In this document: piece after piece, positions 14,601-22,720 of the stretch
Layout of the letters: every line of letters begins with the position of its first letter
Numbering within the stretch: position 1 is the stretch's first letter
NCBI GenBank assembly: GCA_044222065.1
Contig: JBGAOA010000059.1
Span: 1 to 26,716, forward strand
Origin: Candidatus Eiseniibacteriota bacterium
GTDB taxonomy: Bacteria; Eisenbacteria; RBG-16-71-46
Length of the DNA stretch: 26,716 nt
Reading direction: 5' to 3'
Program-made: the position numbers and the translations under genes
The notes under the pieces: generated by a model
Told to the model about the DNA's origin: nothing
The model's database searches: none
Seen by the model: the letters and a program-made list of their open reading frames with translations, nothing else

Positions 14601-15200
14601 ATGGACACGACGATCTCGAACGCATTGGTCGCGGTGCTTCAAGGCCCCGCGGCGCCGTCGCGCGCACGCCTCGAACCGCCGGCGCCGAGCGAGTACCACG
14701 AGTACTACGCGCGCTACATCTCGCTCACTCCGCCCGGGGATCTGTCCGCCGTGCTGCGGCGCCAGGCCGAGGAGGTCGTGCGGACGTTCGGGGGACTCAC
14801 GGCGGAGCAGGGCCGGTTCGCCTACGCGCCGGGCAAGTGGAGCGTGGCGGAAGTGCTCGGCCACCTCGCCGACGCCGAGCGCATCTTCACGTTCCGGGCG
14901 ACGCACGTCGCGCGCGGCGACGCGAATCCGCTTCCCGGCATGGAGCAGGACGAGTGGATGCGCGGCGCGGGCTTCGAAGGACGGGCGATCGCGGACCTGC
15001 TGCGCGAATGGCTCGCGGTGCGCGCCGGGACCATCGCCGTCGCAGAAGGCCTGCCGGCGGACGCGCCGACGCGTACCGGAACGGCGTCCGGCCGCACGTT
15101 CAGCGCTCGGGCGCTGCTCTACATCTCGCCGGGCCACACGGAGTATCACCTCGCGATCCACCGCGAGCGATACCTCGGCGCCACGGAATGGCCGCGATGA
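14601..15200 (+). CDS. DinB/YfiT-like family protein (199 aa)
   Basis: SD AAGGAG before ATG 14601. Motifs EY..YY..YI, YAPGKWSVAEVLGHLADAERIF..R, PLPGMEQD and GHTEYHL (three-His metal triad). Confidence 0.9.
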   Translation: MDTTISNALVAVLQGPAAPSRARLEPPAPSEYHEYYARYISLTPPGDLSAVLRRQAEEVVRTFGGLTAEQGRFAYAPGKWSVAEVLGHLADAERIFTFRATHVARGDANPLPGMEQDEWMRGAGFEGRAIADLLREWLAVRAGTIAVAEGLPADAPTRTGTASGRTFSARALLYISPGHTEYHLAIHRERYLGATEWPR

Positions 15201-15817
15201 TCGGACGACCGGCGGTCCCCGCCTCGATCACGCGACGCGACCTGCTGCGCGGCGGCGCCCTGCTCGCGACGGCGCCGTGGCTGTTGCGCGCCTCGGCGGC
15301 GTTCGCCACCGGCTCCGCCGCTGCCGCCGACAGCGCCGCGACGCGGCCCGCGGGCGTGCCCGAGGGGAGCCCGGGGGAGTTCGACTTCCTTCAGGGCGAA
15401 TGGCGCATCGCCCATCGCTGGCGAAAGGACGCGGCCTCGAAGGAGTGGATCGCGTTCGACGGGCAGGCGACGTGCTGGAGCATCCTCGGCGGCATCGGCA
15501 GCGTCGAGGAGCTGCGCATCCCGGCACGCAACTTCAGCGGCATGGGGCTGCGGCTCCTCGACGTCGAGCGAAAGCTCTGGTCCGACTTCTGGGTGAACTC
15601 GAACAGCGGCGTGCTGGTCTCGCCGGGAACGTACGGGGGATTCCGCGGCGGTGTGGGTACGTTCGTCTCGGAGGACGCCGAGGGCGATCCGCCGACGATG
15701 GCGCGCGGCGTCTGGGATCGCATCACCGGAAGATCCCATCGCTGGTCGCAGGCGGTGTCGTTCGATCGTGGCGCGACGTGGGCCGAGACGTGGGTCATGG
15801 AGTGGAAGAAGGCGTGA
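15197..15817 (+). CDS. Tat-exported DUF1579-like beta-barrel protein (206 aa)
   Basis: ATGA overlap with the DinB stop. Twin-arginine motif TRRDLL plus an h-region and AFA site. Core FDFLQGEWRI.HR...W..F.G...GMGLR.......WS..W...W.QA.S.D.G.TW..TW.M. Confidence 0.8.
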   Translation: MIGRPAVPASITRRDLLRGGALLATAPWLLRASAAFATGSAAAADSAATRPAGVPEGSPGEFDFLQGEWRIAHRWRKDAASKEWIAFDGQATCWSILGGIGSVEELRIPARNFSGMGLRLLDVERKLWSDFWVNSNSGVLVSPGTYGGFRGGVGTFVSEDAEGDPPTMARGVWDRITGRSHRWSQAVSFDRGATWAETWVMEWKKA

Positions 15818-15983
15818 GGCTTGCGCCCGTGGACGCGCACGACGCGTTCCGTATCGCGCGGGGGACCCCGTGTGCGAACCGCGATGGAATCTCGAAGCAT
15901 CGCGCGCCGCGGCCGTGCTAGCTTCGGGACGGCGACGACACGCGCCGCCGCGAAATGGAGCCTTGGACAAGGACGACCCCCTC

Positions 15984-16784
15984 ATGCGCGACCGCTACCT
16001 GCTTCCGCTCGCACTCTTCGCCGCGCTGTCGTTCGGCGCAACGCCGGTGACGGCCCTGACCCTCGACACGTTTTCTACCACGCTTCCGCCCAATCCCTGC
16101 CTGCCGGTGACGGGCCAGCCGGTCGTGTTCCTCGGCCCGTTCTGCGACGGCGCCGCCTGTCCGCCGGACGCGTTCGCGGCCTGCGTCGGGCCCTCCGCTT
16201 CGCAGTCGGGCGCCGCGGGCGTCTATGCGGGCACGCGACGGGACGTCATCGTGCACAACTGGCTCGACGAGCCCACGCGCGCCTTCGTGGATCCCGCGAC
16301 CCACACGCTCCGCGCCGACTTCGGCGGCGTGTCGGAATCGCTGGTCGACGTCTTCTACGGCACGCCGTTCGACGCGACGCCCGCGGCGGACGCGCTCAAC
16401 CTCGACCTCGTCGCGCTCGGCGGCAGCGAGTTCCGCTTTCTCGTGGACGGCGACTTTTCCGATGCGAATCCGATCGGGATCGAAGTGATCGTGCTGTCGG
16501 ACGCCGCCGTCACCCCGCGTCCCTCGGCCACGGCGCGCATCACGCTCGACACGCCGGGCATCGTCAGCATTCCCTTCGTCGAATTCGTTCCGGATCTCGG
16601 CTTCACGTTCGCGGACGTGGACGACATCCAGATCACGCTCTCGAACTGCACGAACTTCGACAGCGGCTGCGGTGACCGCGAAGTTCCGCCGCTTCACCTC
16701 GCCATCGGCCCGATCGACATCGTGACCGCTCCGGTGGCGACCGTTCGCACCTCGTGGGGGAGGCTCAAGGCCTCGTACCGCTGA
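15984..16784 (+). CDS. Secreted protein of unknown function ending in the SWGRLKASYR tail (266 aa)
   Basis: ATG 15984 with AAGGA upstream and an extended -10-like TGcTAGCTT at 15916-15924. Signal peptide ending PVTA-L, Cys pairs, C-terminus PVATVRTSWGRLKASYR*. Confidence 0.85.
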   Translation: MRDRYLLPLALFAALSFGATPVTALTLDTFSTTLPPNPCLPVTGQPVVFLGPFCDGAACPPDAFAACVGPSASQSGAAGVYAGTRRDVIVHNWLDEPTRAFVDPATHTLRADFGGVSESLVDVFYGTPFDATPAADALNLDLVALGGSEFRFLVDGDFSDANPIGIEVIVLSDAAVTPRPSATARITLDTPGIVSIPFVEFVPDLGFTFADVDDIQITLSNCTNFDSGCGDREVPPLHLAIGPIDIVTAPVATVRTSWGRLKASYR

Positions 16785-16945
16785 ACGCCGGCGGCGACGC
16801 CCCTTCTACGACGCGGCTCCACTGGCTCACGAGGCCCGTCCGCCCCGAGGGCAACGGGCCTCGCCGAGCGAATCCGGCGCGCGAGGATTCGCCGAAACGG
16901 CGGCCGAGGGGGGGGGACTACTGCACACGTGGGAGCGCGGGAAAC

Positions 16946-17185
16946 GTGTCGCTCGCGTGGACCGTCCCTGCCGAGCTCGAGTCGGCGCCCGCGCGGCTCA
17001 CGCTCCACGACCTCGGAGGCCGAACCGTACGGACGTGGCCGCCTTCGGCCGGGCTCACCGCCGCTCGCCGCGTGAGCTGGGACGGACGCGACGACGCCGG
17101 CCGGCCGCTCGCGCCGGGGCTCCACGTCGCGCGGCTCGCGATCGGCGAGCGCGTGCTCGTTCGCCGGCTGATTCGAACGCGCTGA
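16946..17185 (+). CDS. Orphan, N-truncated FlgD-Ig-like C-terminal domain (79 aa); small gene or gene remnant
   Basis: LTLHDLGGRTVRT...VSWDGRDDAGRPLAPGLHVARL...RRLIRTR matches the other CTDs in the window. GTG 16946 with GGGAG at 16931-16935. No signal peptide, cargo domain or PNP motif. Confidence 0.6.
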   Translation: MSLAWTVPAELESAPARLTLHDLGGRTVRTWPPSAGLTAARRVSWDGRDDAGRPLAPGLHVARLAIGERVLVRRLIRTR

Positions 17186-17230
17186 AGGGGAACTGCCGCT
17201 GCAGGCCTCGATCGTCGAGCGCGTGCTCGT
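17139..17230 (+). repeat. 22-bp direct repeat with one mismatch, 70-bp period
   Basis: CGATCG(G/T)CGAGCGCGTGCTCGT at 17139-17160 and 17209-17230. Confidence 0.75.
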
Positions 17231-17340
17231 CGGGGCGTGAGCGAACTCGCCGGCGAGGGCGTTCGCCGCGTCGCTGAGCGAGACGACCCGCGCCGGCGAG
17301 CAGCAGCTCTCGCACGCCGGACTCGTCCATCACGCACGAA

Positions 17341-17426
17341 CGCGCCGGGGCGAACGTCGCACGCCCCGGCGCGCTCGTGGGGACGGCGCCGACGCCGATC
17401 GCGATGCCCGGCGATCGGCCGTCGGC
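17341..17426. terminator. Two strong GC stem-loops between convergent genes
   Basis: CGCGCCGGGGCG-N9-CGCCCCGGCGCG (17341-17373) and GCCGACGCCGATCGC-N8-GCGATCGGC(C)GTCGGC (17388-17426), the latter 6 nt past the stop of the 17433 gene. Confidence 0.55.
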
Positions 17427-17432
17427 CGCCCA

Positions 17433-18275
17433 TCAGCGATAGAGCACTTTCAGCCTTCCCCAGCTCGTCGTGCGCGCCGGCACCGGGTCGCCGCCCACGG
17501 TCAGGCCGAGCACCGTGTCGATTTCGTCGTCGCCGTCGTGCTGGTACGCGCCGCGTCCGCCCGCGACCACGTTCACGTAGCGGAACGTCTGACTTCCCGG
17601 GAGCTTCCACACCGTCGTGAAGCCGTCGGCGATCCAGGTGCTGATCCACCCTTCGAGGTAGACCTTCACGAGCGACGCGTACACCCAATCGGTGTTGCCA
17701 TCCGTGCCCTCGACCGTCGCGTTCGGATTGTTCGACAGGAAGACGGAGTACTCGATCGCCTCCTCGGGCAACGGCGTGTGGTCGATGATCGGGAAGACCG
17801 CGACCTGATTCGCCTGACCGCCGAGGTCCCACTTGTTCCCGGTGGCGAGATCGCCATCGCCATTGTCCTGCACCCACCACATGTCGAGGCAGCGACCGCG
17901 ATCGGCGTAGTCGGCGAGCGTCGCCGCGCCGCACGAGTACGCATAGGAAGGCGGGTCGTAGCTGTATCCCGAGCAACCTTCCACGTTCCCCACGTACGTG
18001 CTCAGCAGTCCGTTCGGCGGCATGCTGCCGCACGCCGTACCCGGCAGCGTGAACGTCGCAGCGTATGCGGACGTGTGAGGGAAGACGGCGTCGTCGAGAA
18101 TGGACGCGCTCACCAGGTCCTGCCGCGTCGCATATCCGAGCAGGGCGCGGAAGGTCTCGACCGTGGCGCCCTGCCAGGAACGCGGGTCGTTGGGATCGGT
18201 GATCGGAGCCGCGGGGACGGGACGGGGAGTCAGGAGCAGCAGCGTGACGACCGCGAACTTCGCGACGGCTTTCAT
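17433..18275 (-). CDS. Secreted protein of unknown function ending in the SWGRLKVLYR tail (280 aa)
   Basis: ATG 18275 with GGAG 5 nt upstream. Signal peptide MKAVAKFAVVTLLLLTPRPVPA-A, Asp-rich motifs (DNGDGD, HDGDDEID), C-terminus PVPARTTSWGRLKVLYR*. Confidence 0.87.
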   Translation of the reverse strand: MKAVAKFAVVTLLLLTPRPVPAAPITDPNDPRSWQGATVETFRALLGYATRQDLVSASILDDAVFPHTSAYAATFTLPGTACGSMPPNGLLSTYVGNVEGCSGYSYDPPSYAYSCGAATLADYADRGRCLDMWWVQDNGDGDLATGNKWDLGGQANQVAVFPIIDHTPLPEEAIEYSVFLSNNPNATVEGTDGNTDWVYASLVKVYLEGWISTWIADGFTTVWKLPGSQTFRYVNVVAGGRGAYQHDGDDEIDTVLGLTVGGDPVPARTTSWGRLKVLYR

Positions 18276-18646
18276 GGGGACTCCGGCGTGGGGGTGGCAC
18301 ACGGGCAGCGCGAGCGAGGCACGCAGAATACGCGAGCGCGAATCGCCATCGAGCGCAGAATCGTGCCGTGGCCATTCGCGCGGCCGGTCGTCCGATGCGA
18401 CTAAACACGCTTGCCTCGAGCAGTAGAGATCCCGGGGCCAGCACTACAACTCGGCGAAGAGCGGGACTAATATGGCGACGCAACAGCCCCGCGCGGCCGC
18501 GTGAAACCAGCAGGGCTTACGTCCCGAGCAGGTCTACCGCGTCGCCGCGTTTCGAGACCGGGCCTCGCTCCCCGAATCGTTTCGAGAGCGTTCGGTCGTT
18601 CGCTGGAGACCGTTCCCGTTCGGGCGCACTCGCGGAAGGAGCGGCC

Positions 18647-21409
18647 ATGATTCGTGCCACCGGCACCGGTGCGGTGATCCTCGCGCTCACTGCGTCCCTC
18701 GCATTCGCACAGCTTCCCGCCGTTCACGATCTCGGACTGCTGCCCGGGGATACCTCGGTGTCGCCCGCGGTCAGCGAACAGGTGGAATTCTCCGTCGCGC
18801 GCGGCGGCGACCAGTACCTCGTGGTCTGGTCGGACTATCGCGGCGCTGCCGTCCGTACGGATGCCCAGCAGAGCGCGGTCGACGTATTCGGCATCCGACT
18901 CGATGCTCAGGGCGCCCCGATCGATGCGGCACCGTTCCTCGTCGCGGGGGGCATGGGAACACAGAACCGCCCGCTCGTCGCGTGGAACGGGACCGCGTGG
19001 CTCGTCGTCTACGTTTCACAGGATCCGGTCGCCGCGTACTACGACAACGTCATGCGAGCGGTGCGCGTTTCCGCTGCGGGGCAGATACTCGACGCGACGC
19101 CGATCAGTTTTCCGCCGACCGAGTTCTCCCCGAACACCGTCGGAATGCAGGTCAGCGGACAGAACGGCCAGTGGCTCGTCACCCGCTGCATCTACCACTC
19201 GGACGGGTACGGAACGTACCTCGCGGGGCAGCGCATCGACGGAAACGGAGCCCTGCTCGATCCCGACCCCGTCATGCTGATCGACTGGATCTACGGTGCA
19301 ACCGTCTCGTTCGCGGTCAACGGCGAATACGTCGTCGGGGGACCCGATTGGACGAACTACACCGCGAGCGCGCGGCGAATCGCGCAGAACCTCCAGCCCA
19401 TCGGGGCCTCCTACTCGGTGCCGAGCCTCTCGATGGCGAGCAGTGGCAGCGAACTCTACATGGTGTGGGTGAAGGACTACGTGAATCTCGTAGGATCCCG
19501 CATGACCCCGTCGGGGACGCTGCTCAATCCGGCCGGCACCATGATCCTGCCGAACTTCACGCAGCTCGGCGAGACCACGCTCGCTCACGACGGCACGCAA
19601 TGGTGGCTCGAATACGGCGTCAACGACCAGCTCCACACCATTCGCATCAGCGCCGCCGGGGCCGTGATCGACGCGAACGGCGGGCCGCTGCTGCCCATCA
19701 CGATCGGCGGTAACGTGATGACCGCCTACGGACCGCACCTCGCAGGCCGTCCCGGGGGCGGCGTCCAGTTCCTCTGGTACGACTACCGCATCGCGCTCGG
19801 GAACGACGGCAACGTGTTCACGCTGCCCGTGTCGGCCGCAAACGTCCCGGGATCCGAACGTCTGGTTTCCACCGGCACGCGCAGTCAGCGCGGCCCGGAT
19901 TTCGCGCCGGGGCCAAACGGAACGTCCGCGATCGTGTTCGTGAGCGAAGCGGCGAACGATCGCCGCGTGCTCGTTCACTTCCTCGACGCCAGCGGCGCCG
20001 CCGTGAATGCCGAGCCGCTCCTGGTCGCGAGCGGGGCCTCGATCGGGAACGCCGGCATCGCCTGGAACGGCTCGCAGTATCTGGTCACGTGGGACGGCGG
20101 CACGACCGGCAATGCGCTGCTGCCGATCAAGGCCCGGCGAATGAACTCCGACGGCTCGTTCGTGGACGCCGCGCCGCTCGACGTGATGGCGGGGTTCGAT
20201 CCCGATGTCGAGGCGCTCGGCAACAACTTCCTGATCGCCTGCGCGCGTGCGGTCAACTTCCAGACGATCACGGCCTACATGCGCATCGTGAACGGCGCGA
20301 ACGGCGCCTTCCTCAATGCGGCCACGCCCGTCGGCGGCGGCTACGTGCGCGTGGGTCCACGCGTGAAGTCGAACGCCACGCAGTGGATAATCACGTACGA
20401 CAGCAACTGGACCCACGACTCGAGCCAATCGGATGCCGTCTATCACATCGTGAACGCCGACGGCTCGATCGTCGCCGGCGTCAATCCGACCGGCAGCTTC
20501 GGTGGAAGCGGCACGCCAGACATCGCGTTCTCGGGGAGCAAGTACCTGTTCGTGTGGCGCAGCAACTCGCTCTCGAACGCGAACAACTACGTCTCCGGTC
20601 GAGTGATCAACGCCGACGGCAGCTTCGCGACGAGCCCGTTCGTCATCGCCGAGGCGCTCGGGCGCCAGCTGCGCCCCGTCGTGGGATGGGACGGCACGAC
20701 GTTCGTCGTGGTGTGGGACGACCAGCGGAACCAACAGTCGTTCTTCGATGAGCGCACGGATCTCTATGCCGCGCGTGTCAGCACTGCAGGCGTCGTGCTC
20801 GACCCGAACGGATTCCCCGTGTGTGCCGGTCCGCAGGGAGACGCGGCGGCCGCGCTGATCACGTGGCCGGACGGCCGCGCGCTCGTCGCCTCCGCGCGAT
20901 TCTCGGTCGCTCCACCGTGGGACTCTTATCGCATCGGTCTGCACGGGACCGGTCCCGAGGCCCTCGCCGCGTCCGGAGACGCACGGACCGTGACGATGTT
21001 CCGTGGGAGCGCGCCGAACCCCCTGCGGCAAAGCACGTCGATCGCCTACGTGCTCGCGCGCGAAGCCCCGGTGTCGCTGACCGTGCACGACGTTCAGGGA
21101 CGGCTCGTTCGAACGCTGATCGCGGGCGAGTCGCGTTCCGCCGGTCCCCACGAGGTGGAGTGGGACGCGCGCGCGGAGTCCGGACGCCGTGTTTCGGCCG
21201 GAGTCTATTTCTGCGCGCTGAGTGCGGACACGAAGACGGAGGTGAAGCGCCTCGTCGTGCTGGATCCCGGTCCACGGTGGAGTGCGGCCGCAGACTCTCC
21301 GTGGCTCCCGACGACGTCACTTGCTTTCGCTCGATCCGCGGCTCCCCCGGCCGCACGCGGTCGGGCGTCGGCGACCCGCAGCTGCGGCGGCTTCGGCGCG
21401 GGGGCGTGA
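18647..21409 (+). CDS. Large secreted repeat protein (probable tandem beta-propellers) with a FlgD-Ig-like domain and a 47-aa C-terminal extension (920 aa)
   Basis: SD AAGGAG before ATG 18647 and signal peptide ending LAFA-Q. About 14 repeats of the VAWNGxxYLVVW...RxxxxG type. APNPLRQST.I.Y.L...VHDVQGRLVRTL...WDARAESGRRVSAGVYFCAL...KRLVVLD. Confidence 0.88.
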   Translation: MIRATGTGAVILALTASLAFAQLPAVHDLGLLPGDTSVSPAVSEQVEFSVARGGDQYLVVWSDYRGAAVRTDAQQSAVDVFGIRLDAQGAPIDAAPFLVAGGMGTQNRPLVAWNGTAWLVVYVSQDPVAAYYDNVMRAVRVSAAGQILDATPISFPPTEFSPNTVGMQVSGQNGQWLVTRCIYHSDGYGTYLAGQRIDGNGALLDPDPVMLIDWIYGATVSFAVNGEYVVGGPDWTNYTASARRIAQNLQPIGASYSVPSLSMASSGSELYMVWVKDYVNLVGSRMTPSGTLLNPAGTMILPNFTQLGETTLAHDGTQWWLEYGVNDQLHTIRISAAGAVIDANGGPLLPITIGGNVMTAYGPHLAGRPGGGVQFLWYDYRIALGNDGNVFTLPVSAANVPGSERLVSTGTRSQRGPDFAPGPNGTSAIVFVSEAANDRRVLVHFLDASGAAVNAEPLLVASGASIGNAGIAWNGSQYLVTWDGGTTGNALLPIKARRMNSDGSFVDAAPLDVMAGFDPDVEALGNNFLIACARAVNFQTITAYMRIVNGANGAFLNAATPVGGGYVRVGPRVKSNATQWIITYDSNWTHDSSQSDAVYHIVNADGSIVAGVNPTGSFGGSGTPDIAFSGSKYLFVWRSNSLSNANNYVSGRVINADGSFATSPFVIAEALGRQLRPVVGWDGTTFVVVWDDQRNQQSFFDERTDLYAARVSTAGVVLDPNGFPVCAGPQGDAAAALITWPDGRALVASARFSVAPPWDSYRIGLHGTGPEALAASGDARTVTMFRGSAPNPLRQSTSIAYVLAREAPVSLTVHDVQGRLVRTLIAGESRSAGPHEVEWDARAESGRRVSAGVYFCALSADTKTEVKRLVVLDPGPRWSAAADSPWLPTTSLAFARSAAPPAARGRASATRSCGGFGAGA

Positions 21410-21558
21410 GCCTCGTTGCTCGCGACGGCGCTGGCGGCGAACGCCGCGTTCGCGACGAATGCGCTGCCGCTCGTCGCCCGGGCGGTTGCCGCGGAGGTAT
21501 CGCGCGCTCACCCTGCCGGTGGATTCGTCTTCGACCGGGCCACACGAGGAGTCTCGCC

Positions 21559-22683
21559 ATGCCGCGTCTCACCGCCGCTCTCGCCGCCGTCGCATTCGCC
21601 GGCGCGCTCGCGTCCGCCGCCGCCGCGATGGACATCACGCTGCCTCCGAACGGCGACAATCCGTTCGCTTCGGTCACGCAGGGCATCGGGCTCGTGCGCG
21701 CGACCGTGCAGTACAACAGCCCCGACGTTCACGGCCCCGACGGCGCCGATCGCAAGGGGCACATCTGGGGCGAACTCGTTCCGTACGGGCTCTCGGATCT
21801 CGGCTACAACGGCTGCAAGGAGTGTCCGTGGCGCGGTGGCGCGAACGAGAACACGGTCTTCACCGTCACGCACGACGTGAAGATCGAGGGGCAGGCGCTG
21901 CCCGCGGGCTCCTACGGCCTGCACTTCATCCCCGGCAAGGACGAGTGGACCGTGATCTTCTCCAGGGACTCGAAGGCCTGGGGGAGCTTCTGGTACGACC
22001 CGGCGAAGGACCAACTGCGCGTGAAGGTGAAGCCGGAGCCGTGCGAGTACCACGAGTGGCTGACGTACGAGTTCGTCGATCGCGGCGTCGACCACGCGAC
22101 CGTCGCGCTCGAGTGGGAGAACCTGCGCGTGCCGATCCGGGTCACGGTGGACGACTGGGTCGGACTCTACGTGAACCAGATGCGCGACGAGTTCCGCAAC
22201 GCCGCCTCGTTCCGCTGGCAGACCTACGCCGACGCCGCGCAGTTCTGCCTCGATCAGAAGAAGTACCTGGACCAGGGCCTCGCGTGGGCGGAGCTCGCGG
22301 TGACACGCGAGTTCGCAGGCGTGGCGAATTTCCGCACGCTCTCGGTTCTCGCGCAGCTGCAGATGGCGAACGGCCGCACGGCCGACGGCGAGAAGAGCTT
22401 CGAGCGCGCGCTCGCGGCGGGCGACGCGAGCCCCGTGCAGGTCCACCTGTACGCACGCCAGCTGCAGGCGGCGGGGAACGAGGCCGGCGCGAAGCGCATC
22501 TACCTCGCGAACGCGAAGCGCTTCCCGAACCAGTGGCCCGTCAACGTCGGGCTCGCACGGGTCGCGGCCGGGGACGGCGACAAGACGAAGGCGATCGCGT
22601 TCGCTCGCAAGGCGATCGCGCAGGCGCCGGACGAGTCGAACCGCAAGAACCTCGAGGCGCTCATCCAGCAGTGGCAGAAGTAG
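21559..22683 (+). CDS. DUF2911-domain secreted protein with C-terminal TPR-like helices (374 aa)
   Basis: SD GAGGAG and an Ala-rich signal peptide. DUF2911 motifs VQYNSP...R...IWGELVPYG...PWRGGANENT...V.IEG..LPAGSYGLH.IP...EWTVIF...WGSF.YD..KD.LRV.V.P. Helical TPR-like C-terminal half. Confidence 0.9.
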   Translation: MPRLTAALAAVAFAGALASAAAAMDITLPPNGDNPFASVTQGIGLVRATVQYNSPDVHGPDGADRKGHIWGELVPYGLSDLGYNGCKECPWRGGANENTVFTVTHDVKIEGQALPAGSYGLHFIPGKDEWTVIFSRDSKAWGSFWYDPAKDQLRVKVKPEPCEYHEWLTYEFVDRGVDHATVALEWENLRVPIRVTVDDWVGLYVNQMRDEFRNAASFRWQTYADAAQFCLDQKKYLDQGLAWAELAVTREFAGVANFRTLSVLAQLQMANGRTADGEKSFERALAAGDASPVQVHLYARQLQAAGNEAGAKRIYLANAKRFPNQWPVNVGLARVAAGDGDKTKAIAFARKAIAQAPDESNRKNLEALIQQWQK

Positions 22684-22689
22684 GAGCGG

Positions 22690-22719
22690 GCGACGGGGGC
22701 GGCGATCCGCCCCCGCCGC
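22690..22719. terminator. Bidirectional stem-loop between convergent genes
   Basis: CGGGGGCGG-cgat-CCGCCCCCG (22694-22715), extendable to 22690-22719, filling the 37-bp gap between two stop codons. Confidence 0.65.
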
Positions 22720-22720
22720 G

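Noticed and set aside
21416..21880. 154-aa ORF with a hydrophobic N-terminus
   Set aside because: Beyond about 45 codons it overlaps the DUF2911 gene out of frame and becomes Arg/Ser/Pro-rich. At most it is a remnant.
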